A stretch of DNA of 64,000 nt from an uncultured bacterium (lineage in GTDB: Bacteria > Bacteroidota > Rhodothermia > Rhodothermales > DASSAV01). This document shows, in pieces, positions 19,174 to 28,837 of this stretch. The notes below the pieces were generated by a model that was not told where the DNA came from, ran no database searches, and saw only the letters and a list, made by a program, of their open reading frames with translations. The stretch covers positions 13,669 through 77,668 of the forward strand of contig CBDUBS010000001.1 of the NCBI GenBank assembly GCA_965365445.1. The letters are read 5' to 3'. Made by a program: the position numbers and the translations under genes. Numbering within the stretch: position 1 is the stretch's first letter; each line of letters begins with the position of its first letter.

Positions 19174-21489
19174 TCATAACCTGTCGGCAGCGCTGAGGTT
19201 CGCCGGAGCCGATACCTTACCCCAGTATTTCTCAATCCACTGCATCTTCCGGACGAAATCATCCAACGCAAGGGCTATGTTAATCGCCCCGGTCCGCCGG
19301 TAGCTGTAGGCTGCCTTCTGCGCGAAACCGGCGGCAGCCTCATATCGACCTGTAAGGTAGGCCAGACGGGCCAGCCACACCCGTTGTTGACGGTTCAGTA
19401 CCATCCGTTCCCCAGGAGATAGAGAGGTTTCCTCACCTATCCCTACGTACTGCATCCACTGATAGGCCGGTTCATATCTTTTCGTTTCCATCGCCCTCAG
19501 CGCTTGGCTCAGGCAGCGCAGGGGCTGCTCGCTGCACTCGGCCGGGCTTCGTTCCGACGCCTCTTCGTGCGTATTCCATCTCGCAGCCGTCAGGGCTGAG
19601 TCGGCCAGGGCTTTTCGCAAAATAAGCGCGGCCCTTCGCTCCTCGGCGGCATAGGGTGTCGCCTGGAGCGCACGGCTGTAGTGCCGCCGGGCTTCCGGTT
19701 GGTTTCCAAGAAGCGCGTGCGCGTCCCCTTTCCTCGCCTGAAGCAGAGGGCCTTCGCTGGTGGAGTCCGGAAGAATGGCCAGTACATCGTCAGGTCGGTT
19801 GCGTATCAGAAGGATGCCCGAATGAAGGCCGAGAGCTTCCGGCGCGCCGGGCTGCTTCTCCAGCGACGCGTGCAGGAATTTGAGCGCCCGGACCGTATCC
19901 CCATCTGCAAGCGCTCGCTCGCCTTTTCGGTATAAACGTACGTACGGCGGTACGTAATGCGGGCATCTGACTTCAAAAAGCGAGGGCAACGTAAAACGTC
20001 TGTTCACAATGGACTCCGTATCTCTGGCTATCAGCCGCTGAGACGCCAGAAAATCCACCCACCCGCTCGCCAGACTATCTACGGACGTACCAAAAACCTC
20101 CTGAAAATCAGGACGTCGGTAGAATACCTTTATGCGTTCTACCCCGTATCGGTCGGTCAGATATCGAATGAACGAACCCATAGTGGTATACGAAACGGTT
20201 CCTCTTCCCGTCCAGAAGCCCCCTGCGGTAAGCCGCCCGGCAAGATCTCTGGCCATGTCGTCGGCTTCGAGTCCGGTAACTCCGACCTGCTCATATCCGG
20301 CAACCAGAACTTGCTCATGAACGGACGGGTAGATGGTTGGCGCTTCGAAGGCTACGGCCAGACCCTCCACGAGGCCGGGCAGATTGGGCGCACGCAGGGG
20401 TCGCGGAGCGAACTCGCGGGAAAAAACATGGACCAGTTCGTGTGAAAAGACCGACTCGAACGCGGGCAACAGAATGTGCATCTGCGGTTCGGATAGCCAC
20501 ACGGGCGCCACGTTGGTGTATCGGGCGCCCGTCAGCCTGGCTCTGGTTTCAGAATCGGGATACAGGTAGCTGTCGATTCGCCCGGGCGGCTCCACACCTA
20601 GGCGCTCTGCAAGCCGGGCATACCGGTACTCGTGTTCCTGAGCAAGACGATGCAGCGTTTCCGGCTCGACGGCGGCCGGATCGAAGTAGAGGGTAAAATG
20701 CTCCGTCCGGTAGCTTTTGCCCAGTGTTTCCGCAATGAGCCAGGCCGGCGTGTTGATCCCGAAACGCGCTGAAAAAGCATACGTCGCTCCCACGCAGAGC
20801 GTTGCGACCACGAATGCGGCCCGCACGTTTCCGGCCGCCGCATCGGACGGGCGCCGTAAAAGGCAGCCCGCAAGGAATAGGAGAACAGACCACCCGGCCG
20901 TAAGCCCGCGAAACCAGAAAAGTCCCGGTCGTACGGCCAGTTCCACATCATAGATCGGTCCGAGTATACCTCCGAAGATATGATTGTACGTGTAAAACTG
21001 GGGATGCAGGCCGAGGTCATACAGTACGCCGCCCGCAATCACGCACGCCCCGATGCACCACAACCAGAACAAGCGGAATCGGATATTCAACCCGGTAAGG
21101 AAATAGGCAACCGACAAGGCAAAGGGCAGCGTAATGCCGGGGAATAGCACATAGAACAACAACCCTTGCAAGTAGCCGCAATTGGGCCTCCATAATAGAG
21201 ATGCGGTCAGAAGGGCGAGAGGAATGCCCAGGGCGGCGTACTGTTCTACGAACGTCCTCCGCACCGACCGGTCATTTTCGAGCGATCGAATCCCGGCAGA
21301 ACCAGCCACGAAGTAAACGAGCGTAGCTGCGGCTGCCGCCGACTCGACGTGCAGCAGCCCTACGAGGGGAAACGCCAACAGGATCAATCCGAAAACGAGA
21401 TAGACGGCAGCCGTCCAGCGCACCTCGGGAGATGGGTAGCCGGGTAGACGAAGCGGTTCGGATGAGGGCTCCGATGTGGAGACGGGCAT
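19174..21489 (-). CDS. Polytopic membrane protein with peptidase_MA-like (HExxH...E) domain and C-terminal TPR-like repeats
   Basis: 771 aa. About 7 N-terminal hydrophobic segments, then FSHELVHVFSREF...LPGLVEGLAVAF (gluzincin-like HExxH plus a downstream Glu), then helical repeats resembling TPR. Confidence 0.6.
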   Translation of the reverse strand: MPVSTSEPSSEPLRLPGYPSPEVRWTAAVYLVFGLILLAFPLVGLLHVESAAAAATLVYFVAGSAGIRSLENDRSVRRTFVEQYAALGIPLALLTASLLWRPNCGYLQGLLFYVLFPGITLPFALSVAYFLTGLNIRFRLFWLWCIGACVIAGGVLYDLGLHPQFYTYNHIFGGILGPIYDVELAVRPGLFWFRGLTAGWSVLLFLAGCLLRRPSDAAAGNVRAAFVVATLCVGATYAFSARFGINTPAWLIAETLGKSYRTEHFTLYFDPAAVEPETLHRLAQEHEYRYARLAERLGVEPPGRIDSYLYPDSETRARLTGARYTNVAPVWLSEPQMHILLPAFESVFSHELVHVFSREFAPRPLRAPNLPGLVEGLAVAFEAPTIYPSVHEQVLVAGYEQVGVTGLEADDMARDLAGRLTAGGFWTGRGTVSYTTMGSFIRYLTDRYGVERIKVFYRRPDFQEVFGTSVDSLASGWVDFLASQRLIARDTESIVNRRFTLPSLFEVRCPHYVPPYVRLYRKGERALADGDTVRALKFLHASLEKQPGAPEALGLHSGILLIRNRPDDVLAILPDSTSEGPLLQARKGDAHALLGNQPEARRHYSRALQATPYAAEERRAALILRKALADSALTAARWNTHEEASERSPAECSEQPLRCLSQALRAMETKRYEPAYQWMQYVGIGEETSLSPGERMVLNRQQRVWLARLAYLTGRYEAAAGFAQKAAYSYRRTGAINIALALDDFVRKMQWIEKYWGKVSAPANLSAADRL

Positions 21490-21521
21490 ACAATAATTAC
21501 GCTACCTATATGTAGCACAAA

Positions 21522-21550
21522 AAAGGTCATGCCTTGCGGGCATGACCTTT
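21522..21550 (-). terminator. Intrinsic terminator downstream of the Hc1-like gene
   Basis: AAAGGTCATGCC-ttgcg-GGCATGACCTTT forms a 12-bp stem. On the minus strand it is followed by a T-run (TTTTTTGTG) and lies 26 nt past the stop at 21576. Confidence 0.7.
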
Positions 21551-21575
21551 ACAAAACGTTCCGGCCGGGATAAAA

Positions 21576-21752
21576 TCAGGCGGCGTTCTTTTTGTCCTGC
21601 ACTTCCGTGCGAATATCCTGCGCCATCTGCTTCAGATCCTGCATAGCTTTACGAACCCGGGTGCCGGCGGCCTTGTTGTTCTTGTCGTAGAACTGGGAGA
21701 AGTCCCGCTCCAGACCGTCGACGAAGTTTTTCAAGTCCTCAAATCTGCTCAT
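21576..21752 (-). CDS. Histone H1-like (Hc1-type) small DNA-binding protein
   Basis: 58-aa Lys-rich helical protein MSRFEDLKNF...NNKAAGTRVRKAMQDLKQMAQDIRTEVQDKK, resembling Hc1/bacterial histone H1. A GGGAGGG Shine-Dalgarno lies 7 nt upstream. The track ORF start at 21851 was rejected. Confidence 0.55.
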   Translation of the reverse strand: MSRFEDLKNFVDGLERDFSQFYDKNNKAAGTRVRKAMQDLKQMAQDIRTEVQDKKNAA

Positions 21753-22290
21753 AGTTACCCTCCCAAATATTGTTAAAGATGTACTGGAATTTGCACTTCC
21801 CGACTCGAGTGGCACTTTTTGAAACTTAATCACGGCAACAGCGCGTGTCAATAAGTGGAAACGCCGAAAAAGGCCGAAAAACGGCTTTTTTTGTAAGGAT
21901 CAGGTTACCACATCCTCTTTCAGGCCGGAAACGCCTGTTCCGACATGGGTGAACGGCGGCTATCGGAGCGCGTCGTTGAAAAAGCGGCGGCCCGCTTGCG
22001 ACCGTAAGATGGGGGCAAAGAACCATTCCCCGGTTGGTATGGCCGGCTGTGTGCGACCAGACCGTATCAAGGCGCGGTTCCTTGAGCCGTATGCGTCCAG
22101 TATAGTATCGGGCCGCCTAACCCCGGGAAGCGAATATCCCATTCGTGTCTGACGTTATCCTCAACTTTTCTACCAAGTATCCACACACGTTGTCCATACG
22201 CCCGTTTCCTGTGTTCCTTATACTTGCGTTTTGCGTTGCGGACGACAGGATCACGCCTGACTGCTGCCTTATTTACCCGGAATCGCCTCC

Positions 22291-25200
22291 ATGCTCGAAT
22301 TCAGCCATCTTCATTGCCATACCCAGTACTCCTTGCTCGATGGCGCGGCCCGGATCAAGACGCTCGTTCAGAAAGCGTCAGCCATGGGCATGAAGGCACT
22401 GGCCATTACCGATCACGGTAATCTGTACGGCGTTCCTGAATTTTATACCGAGGCAAAAAAGGCGGGTGTACAGCCGATTATCGGGTGCGAGTTCTACGTT
22501 ACACCGGGCGGCATGGCGGATCGGTCGGATCGGACTCGCTACCACCAGGTTCTGCTCGCAGCGACCGAAGACGGGTATCGAAACCTCATCCGCCTTTCTT
22601 CCGCCTCCTACCTCGACGGCTACTATTACAAGCCCCGCATCGACAGGGAGTTACTAAAATCCCATGCTTCAGGGCTTATAGCCACTACCTGTTGTTTACA
22701 GGGGCAGGTGCCGCAAACATTGCTGAAGCGAGGGGAAGACGCGGCCCGAAAGGTATTCCAGGAATATCTCGACATTTTCGGCGAAAACTACTACATCGAG
22801 ATTCAGGATCACGGGATCGAGGATCAAAAGAAAGTCAATGCCGTCCTGCTCCGTTGGGCGTCGGAGTATGGAGTCAGTGTCGTGGCTACGAACGACATCC
22901 ACTACGTAGACCAGTCCGATGCCGCCGCCCAGGACGTATTGCTTTGCCTGCAAACCGGGAAGGACCTGTACGATCCAAACCGGATGCGTTTCGACAACGA
23001 CCAGTTCTTCTTCAAGAGCGCCGATGAAATGTATGGCGCGCTCGTGGAGCTCGAATCTGTCGACCGGGAAGCGGCTCTGGCAACGACCGGCGAGGTAGCG
23101 GACAAATGCCGGGTGGACCTTTCGATGGGGAAACTGCTCATGCCCCATTACCCGCTACCCCCGGAGTTCGGCAACGACATGGACGCGTACCTCAGCCATC
23201 TCGTTTTCGAGGGCGCGAAAAAACGGTACGGGGAGGTAAGCCAGGCCATCGCGGATCGCCTGCATTACGAGCTGGACGTCATCAAAGCGATGGGATTCGC
23301 CGGCTATTTTCTCATTGTTCAGGATTTCACGACGGCAGCCCGTCAACTCAACGTAAAAGTGGGGCCCGGCCGTGGATCGGCGGCCGGCAGCGCGGTCGCC
23401 TACAGCCTGGGGATAACCAACATCGATCCACTGCGGTATGAATTGCTTTTCGAGCGCTTCCTGAATCCAGAGCGTGTTTCCATGCCGGATATCGACATCG
23501 ACTTCGACGACCGGGGGCGCGGGCAGGTTATCGACTATGTCGTCCAGAAATACGGCCGGGAAAACGTCTGCCAGATCGTGACCTTTGGAACCATGGGGGC
23601 GCGTTCGGTAATTCGAGATGTGGGTCGGGTGCTGGGGATTCCCCTACCGGAAACCGACCGCATCGCAAAGATGGTCCCCGAAGGCCCGAAAGTCAGTCTT
23701 GATACGGCCATCGACGAAGTGCCCGAGTTTCGCAAGCTGCTCGACGATCCGAACCCGCAGATACGGAATCTGCTCCACTATGCTAAAGTACTGGAAGGTT
23801 CCGCCCGTCATACCGGGGTTCATGCGGCGGGCGTAATCATCGCACCGGGCCGCGTCAGCGACTACGTCCCGGTTGCCGTCGCGAAAGGAAAATCGACCGG
23901 CGAAGACGTCGTCACGACACAGTACGACGGCAAGTGGGTAGAATCGTTCGGCTTGTTGAAGATGGACTTCCTGGGCCTGAAGACGCTCACGGTCCTCAGC
24001 GACGCCCTGGAACTCATCAAAGGCCGCCACGGCATCGACATCGACCTGGACCGCATCCCATTCGACGACGCCAAAACATACGAACTTTTCCAACGGGGCG
24101 AGACGGTCGCCATATTCCAGTTCGAGTCCTCCGGAATGCGGGAGTGGATGCGCAAGCTGAAACCGACGGGCATCGATGACCTCATCGCGATGAACGCCCT
24201 GTACCGTCCCGGCCCGATGGACCTCATCCCGAACTATATCGATCGCAAGCATGGCCGGGAAATCGTGGAGTATCCCCACCCCATGCTTCAGCCTATTCTG
24301 GAGCCCACGTATGGCATCCCTGTCTATCAGGAGCAGGTCATGCAAATGGCTCAGGTGATGGGCGGCTACACGCTCGGCAGCGCCGATCTGTTGCGCCGGG
24401 CTATGGGCAAGAAGCAAAAGGAAGAAATGGCCAGGCACCGGACGCTTTTCGTCCAGGGCGCCCTGGAACGCGGTGTGCCGGAGCAGACGGCGAACGACGT
24501 GTTCGACATGATGGCCAAGTTCGCCGGATACGGCTTCAACAAAAGCCATAGCGCCGCCTACTCGGTTGTGGCTTACCAGACGGCCTACCTGAAGGCGCAT
24601 TACCCTGCCGAGTTTCTCGCCGCCGCCATGACAAATGAAATGGGCGACACGAAAAAACTGTCGGTGGTGCTGGAGGAGGCGCGAAAAATGGGGCATGAAA
24701 TGCTGCCCCCTTCCGTCAACCACAGCCAGGCCCACTTTACGGTAGAGGACGGCAAGATCCGGTTCGGGCTCGGGGCCATCAAAGGCGTCGGCGTCGGCGC
24801 CATCGAAGCCATCCATAAGCTTCGGCAGAAACACGGTCCGTTCAAGACATTGTTTGAACTGACGCGCGAGCTCGACCTGCGGGCCGTAAACAAGAAAACA
24901 CTGGAGTGCCTCGCGCGGGTCGGGGCGCTCGACACCCTCTTCGGGCATCGCGCCCAGCTGGTGGAGTCGATTGACGTTGCCATCCAGTATGCGACCAAAA
25001 TACAGGCCGACCGGGCTGCAGGCCAGAACTCTCTGTTCGGCTCCGTTCAAAACGGCGTCGGCGCCCTGGAACCGAACATGCCCCTCATCGACCCGTGGCC
25101 GCGGTCGAAGTTGCTCAAAGAGGAACGTGAATTGATCGGATTTTACGTATCCGGACACCCGCTGGAGGCCTATGCCGCCGAAGCATCCGCCTTTTCTACC

Positions 25201-25803
25201 GCTGGCCTGAACGACATCGAACGACTGGAACAGGAGATGATTACGTTTCAGGCTTCAACGAACGGTTCGAATGGGTACGCGCAGCCGAAGGGACCTGTCC
25301 ATCGGTTCTGCGGAATCATCACGGAGATACAGCATCGAACCTCCAGATCGGGGCGGCCCATGGCGTTTGCCACCCTGGAGGATTTCAATGGGCAGGGTGA
25401 AGTGGTCTGCTTTGCCCAACAACTCGAAAAAGTAGGCAGTTACCTACGGGTGGATGAAATCGTGCTCGTAAAAGGCGAAACAGAGGTGCGCGGAGGCGCC
25501 GTAAAAATCGTCGCACACGACGTCATACCGATGTGGAAAGTACGGGAGCAGCTGATTCAAGCCATCATCGTGCGCATCCACATCGACCTCGTGAACGTGG
25601 AACTCATCGAGAAACTCCGCGATTTATGCGAGAGTAACCGGGGGCGTTGCAAACTGTACTTCCAGATCGTAGATCCGGGGTATGCGAAATCGATACCGAG
25701 GCTCCGCAGTCGTAAATTCGTCGTCGATCCGACGTCCGAATTGATGCAAGGCATCTCCCGGCTTTTCGGAAAAGAGAATATTACGGTCGAGGGCGACGCT
25801 TGA
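22291..25803 (+). CDS. dnaE: DNA polymerase III alpha subunit
   Basis: 1170 aa. PHP domain start FSHLHCHTQYSLLDGA, PDIDIDF, FNKSHSAAY and a C-terminal OB region. Confidence 0.97.
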   Translation: MLEFSHLHCHTQYSLLDGAARIKTLVQKASAMGMKALAITDHGNLYGVPEFYTEAKKAGVQPIIGCEFYVTPGGMADRSDRTRYHQVLLAATEDGYRNLIRLSSASYLDGYYYKPRIDRELLKSHASGLIATTCCLQGQVPQTLLKRGEDAARKVFQEYLDIFGENYYIEIQDHGIEDQKKVNAVLLRWASEYGVSVVATNDIHYVDQSDAAAQDVLLCLQTGKDLYDPNRMRFDNDQFFFKSADEMYGALVELESVDREAALATTGEVADKCRVDLSMGKLLMPHYPLPPEFGNDMDAYLSHLVFEGAKKRYGEVSQAIADRLHYELDVIKAMGFAGYFLIVQDFTTAARQLNVKVGPGRGSAAGSAVAYSLGITNIDPLRYELLFERFLNPERVSMPDIDIDFDDRGRGQVIDYVVQKYGRENVCQIVTFGTMGARSVIRDVGRVLGIPLPETDRIAKMVPEGPKVSLDTAIDEVPEFRKLLDDPNPQIRNLLHYAKVLEGSARHTGVHAAGVIIAPGRVSDYVPVAVAKGKSTGEDVVTTQYDGKWVESFGLLKMDFLGLKTLTVLSDALELIKGRHGIDIDLDRIPFDDAKTYELFQRGETVAIFQFESSGMREWMRKLKPTGIDDLIAMNALYRPGPMDLIPNYIDRKHGREIVEYPHPMLQPILEPTYGIPVYQEQVMQMAQVMGGYTLGSADLLRRAMGKKQKEEMARHRTLFVQGALERGVPEQTANDVFDMMAKFAGYGFNKSHSAAYSVVAYQTAYLKAHYPAEFLAAAMTNEMGDTKKLSVVLEEARKMGHEMLPPSVNHSQAHFTVEDGKIRFGLGAIKGVGVGAIEAIHKLRQKHGPFKTLFELTRELDLRAVNKKTLECLARVGALDTLFGHRAQLVESIDVAIQYATKIQADRAAGQNSLFGSVQNGVGALEPNMPLIDPWPRSKLLKEERELIGFYVSGHPLEAYAAEASAFSTAGLNDIERLEQEMITFQASTNGSNGYAQPKGPVHRFCGIITEIQHRTSRSGRPMAFATLEDFNGQGEVVCFAQQLEKVGSYLRVDEIVLVKGETEVRGGAVKIVAHDVIPMWKVREQLIQAIIVRIHIDLVNVELIEKLRDLCESNRGRCKLYFQIVDPGYAKSIPRLRSRKFVVDPTSELMQGISRLFGKENITVEGDA

Positions 25804-25845
25804 CCTGCACACTCCCCGATCAGGCTTGACGATCCAAGGCAGATT

Positions 25846-26178
25846 ATGCCCGTACCACGCGTTTCCGACGACGGCACCTGTATTACGCTGGACTTGCACG
25901 GCGCAAGCGTGAGCGAAGCCGCAGTGCTGACCCGCAAATTGCTCCAGAAAGCCCTGAGCCGGGGGCGGGGTACCGTAAAAATCATCCACGGCAGTTCAAC
26001 CACAACGGCGGATACGGGCCGCGAAACAATCAAATCTACCCTGCATGCCCTCTTCGATGGCGGACATCCGGGTGTGGCCAGTGTCTTGCGTTCGGACGAC
26101 TACTTGCTGGTAGCGCTCACCCCCTCTACTCGGAAAGACACAACGCCTGTCACGTTACGGGACCTCTCACCCTTCTGA
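25846..26178 (+). CDS. Smr-domain protein
   Basis: 110 aa with LDLHGASVSEA...GRGTVKIIHG, the Smr (small MutS-related) signature. Confidence 0.6.
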   Translation: MPVPRVSDDGTCITLDLHGASVSEAAVLTRKLLQKALSRGRGTVKIIHGSSTTTADTGRETIKSTLHALFDGGHPGVASVLRSDDYLLVALTPSTRKDTTPVTLRDLSPF

Positions 26179-26188
26179 CTTCACGGGC

Positions 26189-26896
26189 GTGACGCACCAC
26201 ACAAAACCAATCATTGGTATATCCACCTCGCTGGAAGAGAACAGCGCCGTCCTTTCTCTGGAGTACGTCGATGCCGTTGAAACGGCCGGGGGAACGCCTG
26301 TCATTTTGCCGCCGTCCACATGTCGACATACGGCGGCAAGGCTGTCTGAAATGCTGGATGGCGTGATAATTACCGGTGGTCCGGCCGTTTCGCTGCATCT
26401 CGTAGGGACTTTGCCCGACGATCTGCCGTCCGCGCCCGAACGGCGAGTCCAATCTGACCTGCGGATGGTTGACGTATGCGCGTCGAGCAATAAGCCGCTT
26501 CTCGGCATATGCTACGGAATGCAGTTGCTCAACGCATGGGCCGGGGGATCCATCTATGCGGATGTGCAAAAACAGGTAGCAGGAGCGCTCGTGCATAGCG
26601 CAACCCGAGGAGCGCCTCCTCATTCCATTCGTGTAAGCGCTACATCCTGGCTGTTTTCAGCCATGCAACGAGACGAACTGATGGTGAGTACGAACCACAT
26701 CCAGGCCATTGCATCGTTGGGATCGGGTTTCGTAGCTGTCGCCTTTGCCCCTGATGGAATGATCGAGGCCATAGAAAACCAAAGCGCGTCTATGACAGGA
26801 GTGCAGTTTCATCCCGAACGTATGGGAGAACCAATGCGGCCGCTTTTCGAGGCTTTCATCACGCGCTGTCGCGGCGGGGCGGCATACGTACCGTAA
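26189..26896 (+). CDS. Class I glutamine amidotransferase / peptidase C26 (PuuD-like gamma-glutamyl hydrolase)
   Basis: PIIGIST, nucleophile motif LLGICYGMQLLN and GVQFHPE. GTG start 11 nt after the Smr stop. Confidence 0.8.
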   Translation: MTHHTKPIIGISTSLEENSAVLSLEYVDAVETAGGTPVILPPSTCRHTAARLSEMLDGVIITGGPAVSLHLVGTLPDDLPSAPERRVQSDLRMVDVCASSNKPLLGICYGMQLLNAWAGGSIYADVQKQVAGALVHSATRGAPPHSIRVSATSWLFSAMQRDELMVSTNHIQAIASLGSGFVAVAFAPDGMIEAIENQSASMTGVQFHPERMGEPMRPLFEAFITRCRGGAAYVP

Positions 26897-27012
26897 CGTA
26901 TTTGCCGACCGATCCGAGGAAACAGTAGCGCGCCGGGCCGTCAAAACCGGCCGGCGATCCGGAAACACAGGGTGGCCTCACCATTTTAACATACAATCGA
27001 GCGAAGCAGCCG

Positions 27013-27441
27013 ATGGAACACATGGAGCGACAATACACCATTTTGTATGTGGAAGACGACCCGGAGGACCAGTTCCTGGTGAAAGCCGCCGTGCGTCGAA
27101 CAGGTCGCTCCATCACCCTCCATTTCGCCGAAAACGGCAAAGATCTCCTTCGTTACCTGCTCTCCGTGAAGGATGAAGCGGGCAGACCGGACCTGATCCT
27201 CATGGATCTCAATATGCCGGAAATGGATGGGTTTGAAACCCTCAAATACATCAAGCGGAACGAAACATGCAGGCGGGTGCCCACCATTGTTTTCACGACC
27301 TCGCTGGCGCCGGATCAGGTTCATAAATGCTACGACCTCGGAGCCAATGCCATCATGATGAAGCCGCAAACCTTTTCCGAGTTCGAGCAGGTGATCGGGG
27401 AAATGCTTTCCTACTGGCTCGACAGGGTGCGGCTGAGTTGA
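27013..27441 (+). CDS. Stand-alone response-regulator receiver protein
   Basis: ILYVEDDPED, phospho-acceptor context LILMDLNMPEMDG, TTS and KP motifs. No output domain. Confidence 0.85.
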   Translation: MEHMERQYTILYVEDDPEDQFLVKAAVRRTGRSITLHFAENGKDLLRYLLSVKDEAGRPDLILMDLNMPEMDGFETLKYIKRNETCRRVPTIVFTTSLAPDQVHKCYDLGANAIMMKPQTFSEFEQVIGEMLSYWLDRVRLS

Positions 27442-27555
27442 ATGGTTACCCTGGAGGTTACATTCTGGAAAACATGAACCTGAAGCCGGTTGTGCTTCGT
27501 TCAGGGTACACAGAACACCGCGATCACTCCTGCACCATTCATACGGAGATGTGCC

Positions 27556-27780
27556 ATGCCGGACGATCTTGAAAAACGCATCGACTATACGCAAGCAAAA
27601 AAAGGCCTTATCAGCGAAGCACTGGGGCATCTAGAAGCCGTGCAGCACCTGCTGGATAAAGCCGTTTCCGCAGCGGGAAAAAATCATTCGGCCAAGCAGG
27701 CGGAAAGCCTAGAGGCGGCCTCCCTGATCAACCGGGGGCAGATCGCCTTGATCCGGAGTTTATCCAGCCTGGATATCTAG
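27556..27780 (+). CDS. Small helical hypothetical protein
   Basis: 74 codons from the ATG at 27556 within track ORF 27490..27780. No recognisable motif. Supported only by position after the receiver gene and an unbroken frame. Confidence 0.3.
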   Translation: MPDDLEKRIDYTQAKKGLISEALGHLEAVQHLLDKAVSAAGKNHSAKQAESLEAASLINRGQIALIRSLSSLDI

Positions 27781-27818
27781 CATCGGCTCCTGCAAATTAC
27801 CTTTTCGACTCGCACCGA

Positions 27819-28379
27819 TTATTTCGCTGTTTTCTTCAAGCGGCTCACAAACTCCTTTCTGAATTTGAGTACTTTCGGCTCGATGACTACCCGGCAGTAT
27901 GCCTGCCGGGGATTATTGCGGAAATAATCGTGATGGTAGGCCTCGGCCGCATAAAACGATTCAAAAGGAGTCACTTCGGTAACGATTGGATCGGGCCATA
28001 CGTGAGCATCATTGAACTCGGCCATGACCTTCCGGGCGGCATCCCGCTGGCGGTCGCTATGATAAAACACCGCCGACCTGTACTGCGTACCCACATCGGC
28101 TCCCTGCCGGTTCAGGGTAGTAGGGTCGTGTATGGCGAAAAAGACACGAAGCAGATCCGAAAACGAAACGACCTCCGGATCGAATACGATCTGCACGACC
28201 TCGGCGTGGCCCGTTCGTCCCGTGCATACGGCTTCATAGCTGGGGTTCGGAACGTCGCCGCCGGAGTAGCCGGGAGCCACATCGATTACTCCACGAAGCT
28301 CATCGAAGATGGGCTCGAGGCACCAGAAACATCCACCCCCGAGGGTGGCAACTTCAACATTCTCCCTATCGTCAGCCAT
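27819..28379 (-). CDS. msrA: Peptide-methionine (S)-S-oxide reductase (core; in-frame upstream extension to 28679 carries a signal-like segment)
   Basis: MADDRENVEVATLGGGCFWC... with the GCFWC active site. An AAGGGGGA Shine-Dalgarno-like purine run sits close upstream of the ATG at 28379. The in-frame extension encodes SRRSVLSGILTRILAAGMLLCLTGAAYA. Confidence 0.9.
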   Translation of the reverse strand: MADDRENVEVATLGGGCFWCLEPIFDELRGVIDVAPGYSGGDVPNPSYEAVCTGRTGHAEVVQIVFDPEVVSFSDLLRVFFAIHDPTTLNRQGADVGTQYRSAVFYHSDRQRDAARKVMAEFNDAHVWPDPIVTEVTPFESFYAAEAYHHDYFRNNPRQAYCRVVIEPKVLKFRKEFVSRLKKTAK

Positions 28380-28837
28380 ACCATCCCCCTTTTTTTCCGT
28401 TGCGATACCTTGCAGGATCGAATACCTCCCCGGATCCGGCGGAGCGGCATATGCGGCTCCCGTTAAACAAAGCAGCATTCCTGCCGCCAGTATCCGAGTG
28501 AGTATCCCTGACAAAACGCTTCTCCGGCTATGTCCACGAGCTTCATGGAGCCCTTCGCGGGAGGTTTTAGCGGAGGCATTTGGCAAACGTGTCTTCCTAC
28601 CAAAAGGATTCGTTGGAGACCCCGCCCCTCTGCCTGGACTACTTATTGTTGCATGGGCTCGCTTCATTTTTGTTTGCATCGTACCCTGCTTGTGTTCAGG
28701 AGCAGCAGCGGCAAAATTAACCGCATCTCTTTCGTTAAACAGTGGTTAGCACGAACAAGTATATCTCCGGGTTTCCTTCCGGTACGTTCGCGAACTGTTT
28801 TCCATCTCGTTTCACGAAGTCGCGCAGACAGGGAAGG

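Noticed and set aside
19848-19859. 12-nt perfect palindrome CCGGCGCGCCGG
   Set aside because: It is inside the peptidase_MA/TPR coding frame. Short GC palindromes are expected at this composition.
21810-21826. Sigma-54-like TGGCAC element
   Set aside because: TGGCAC is followed by TTTTTGAAAC and lacks the TTGC -12 element at the correct spacing. No plus-strand gene lies within 450 nt.
23644-25158. 504-aa ORF antisense to dnaE
   Set aside because: It lies entirely inside the well-supported dnaE frame on the opposite strand. Its composition is Arg/Gly/His/Val-rich with no motifs, typical of long antisense open frames in GC-rich DNA.
28680-28837. Moco riboswitch upstream of modA
   Set aside because: There is only a 4-bp CCGG/CCGG hairpin and no multi-helix architecture, so I saw nothing supporting a riboswitch.
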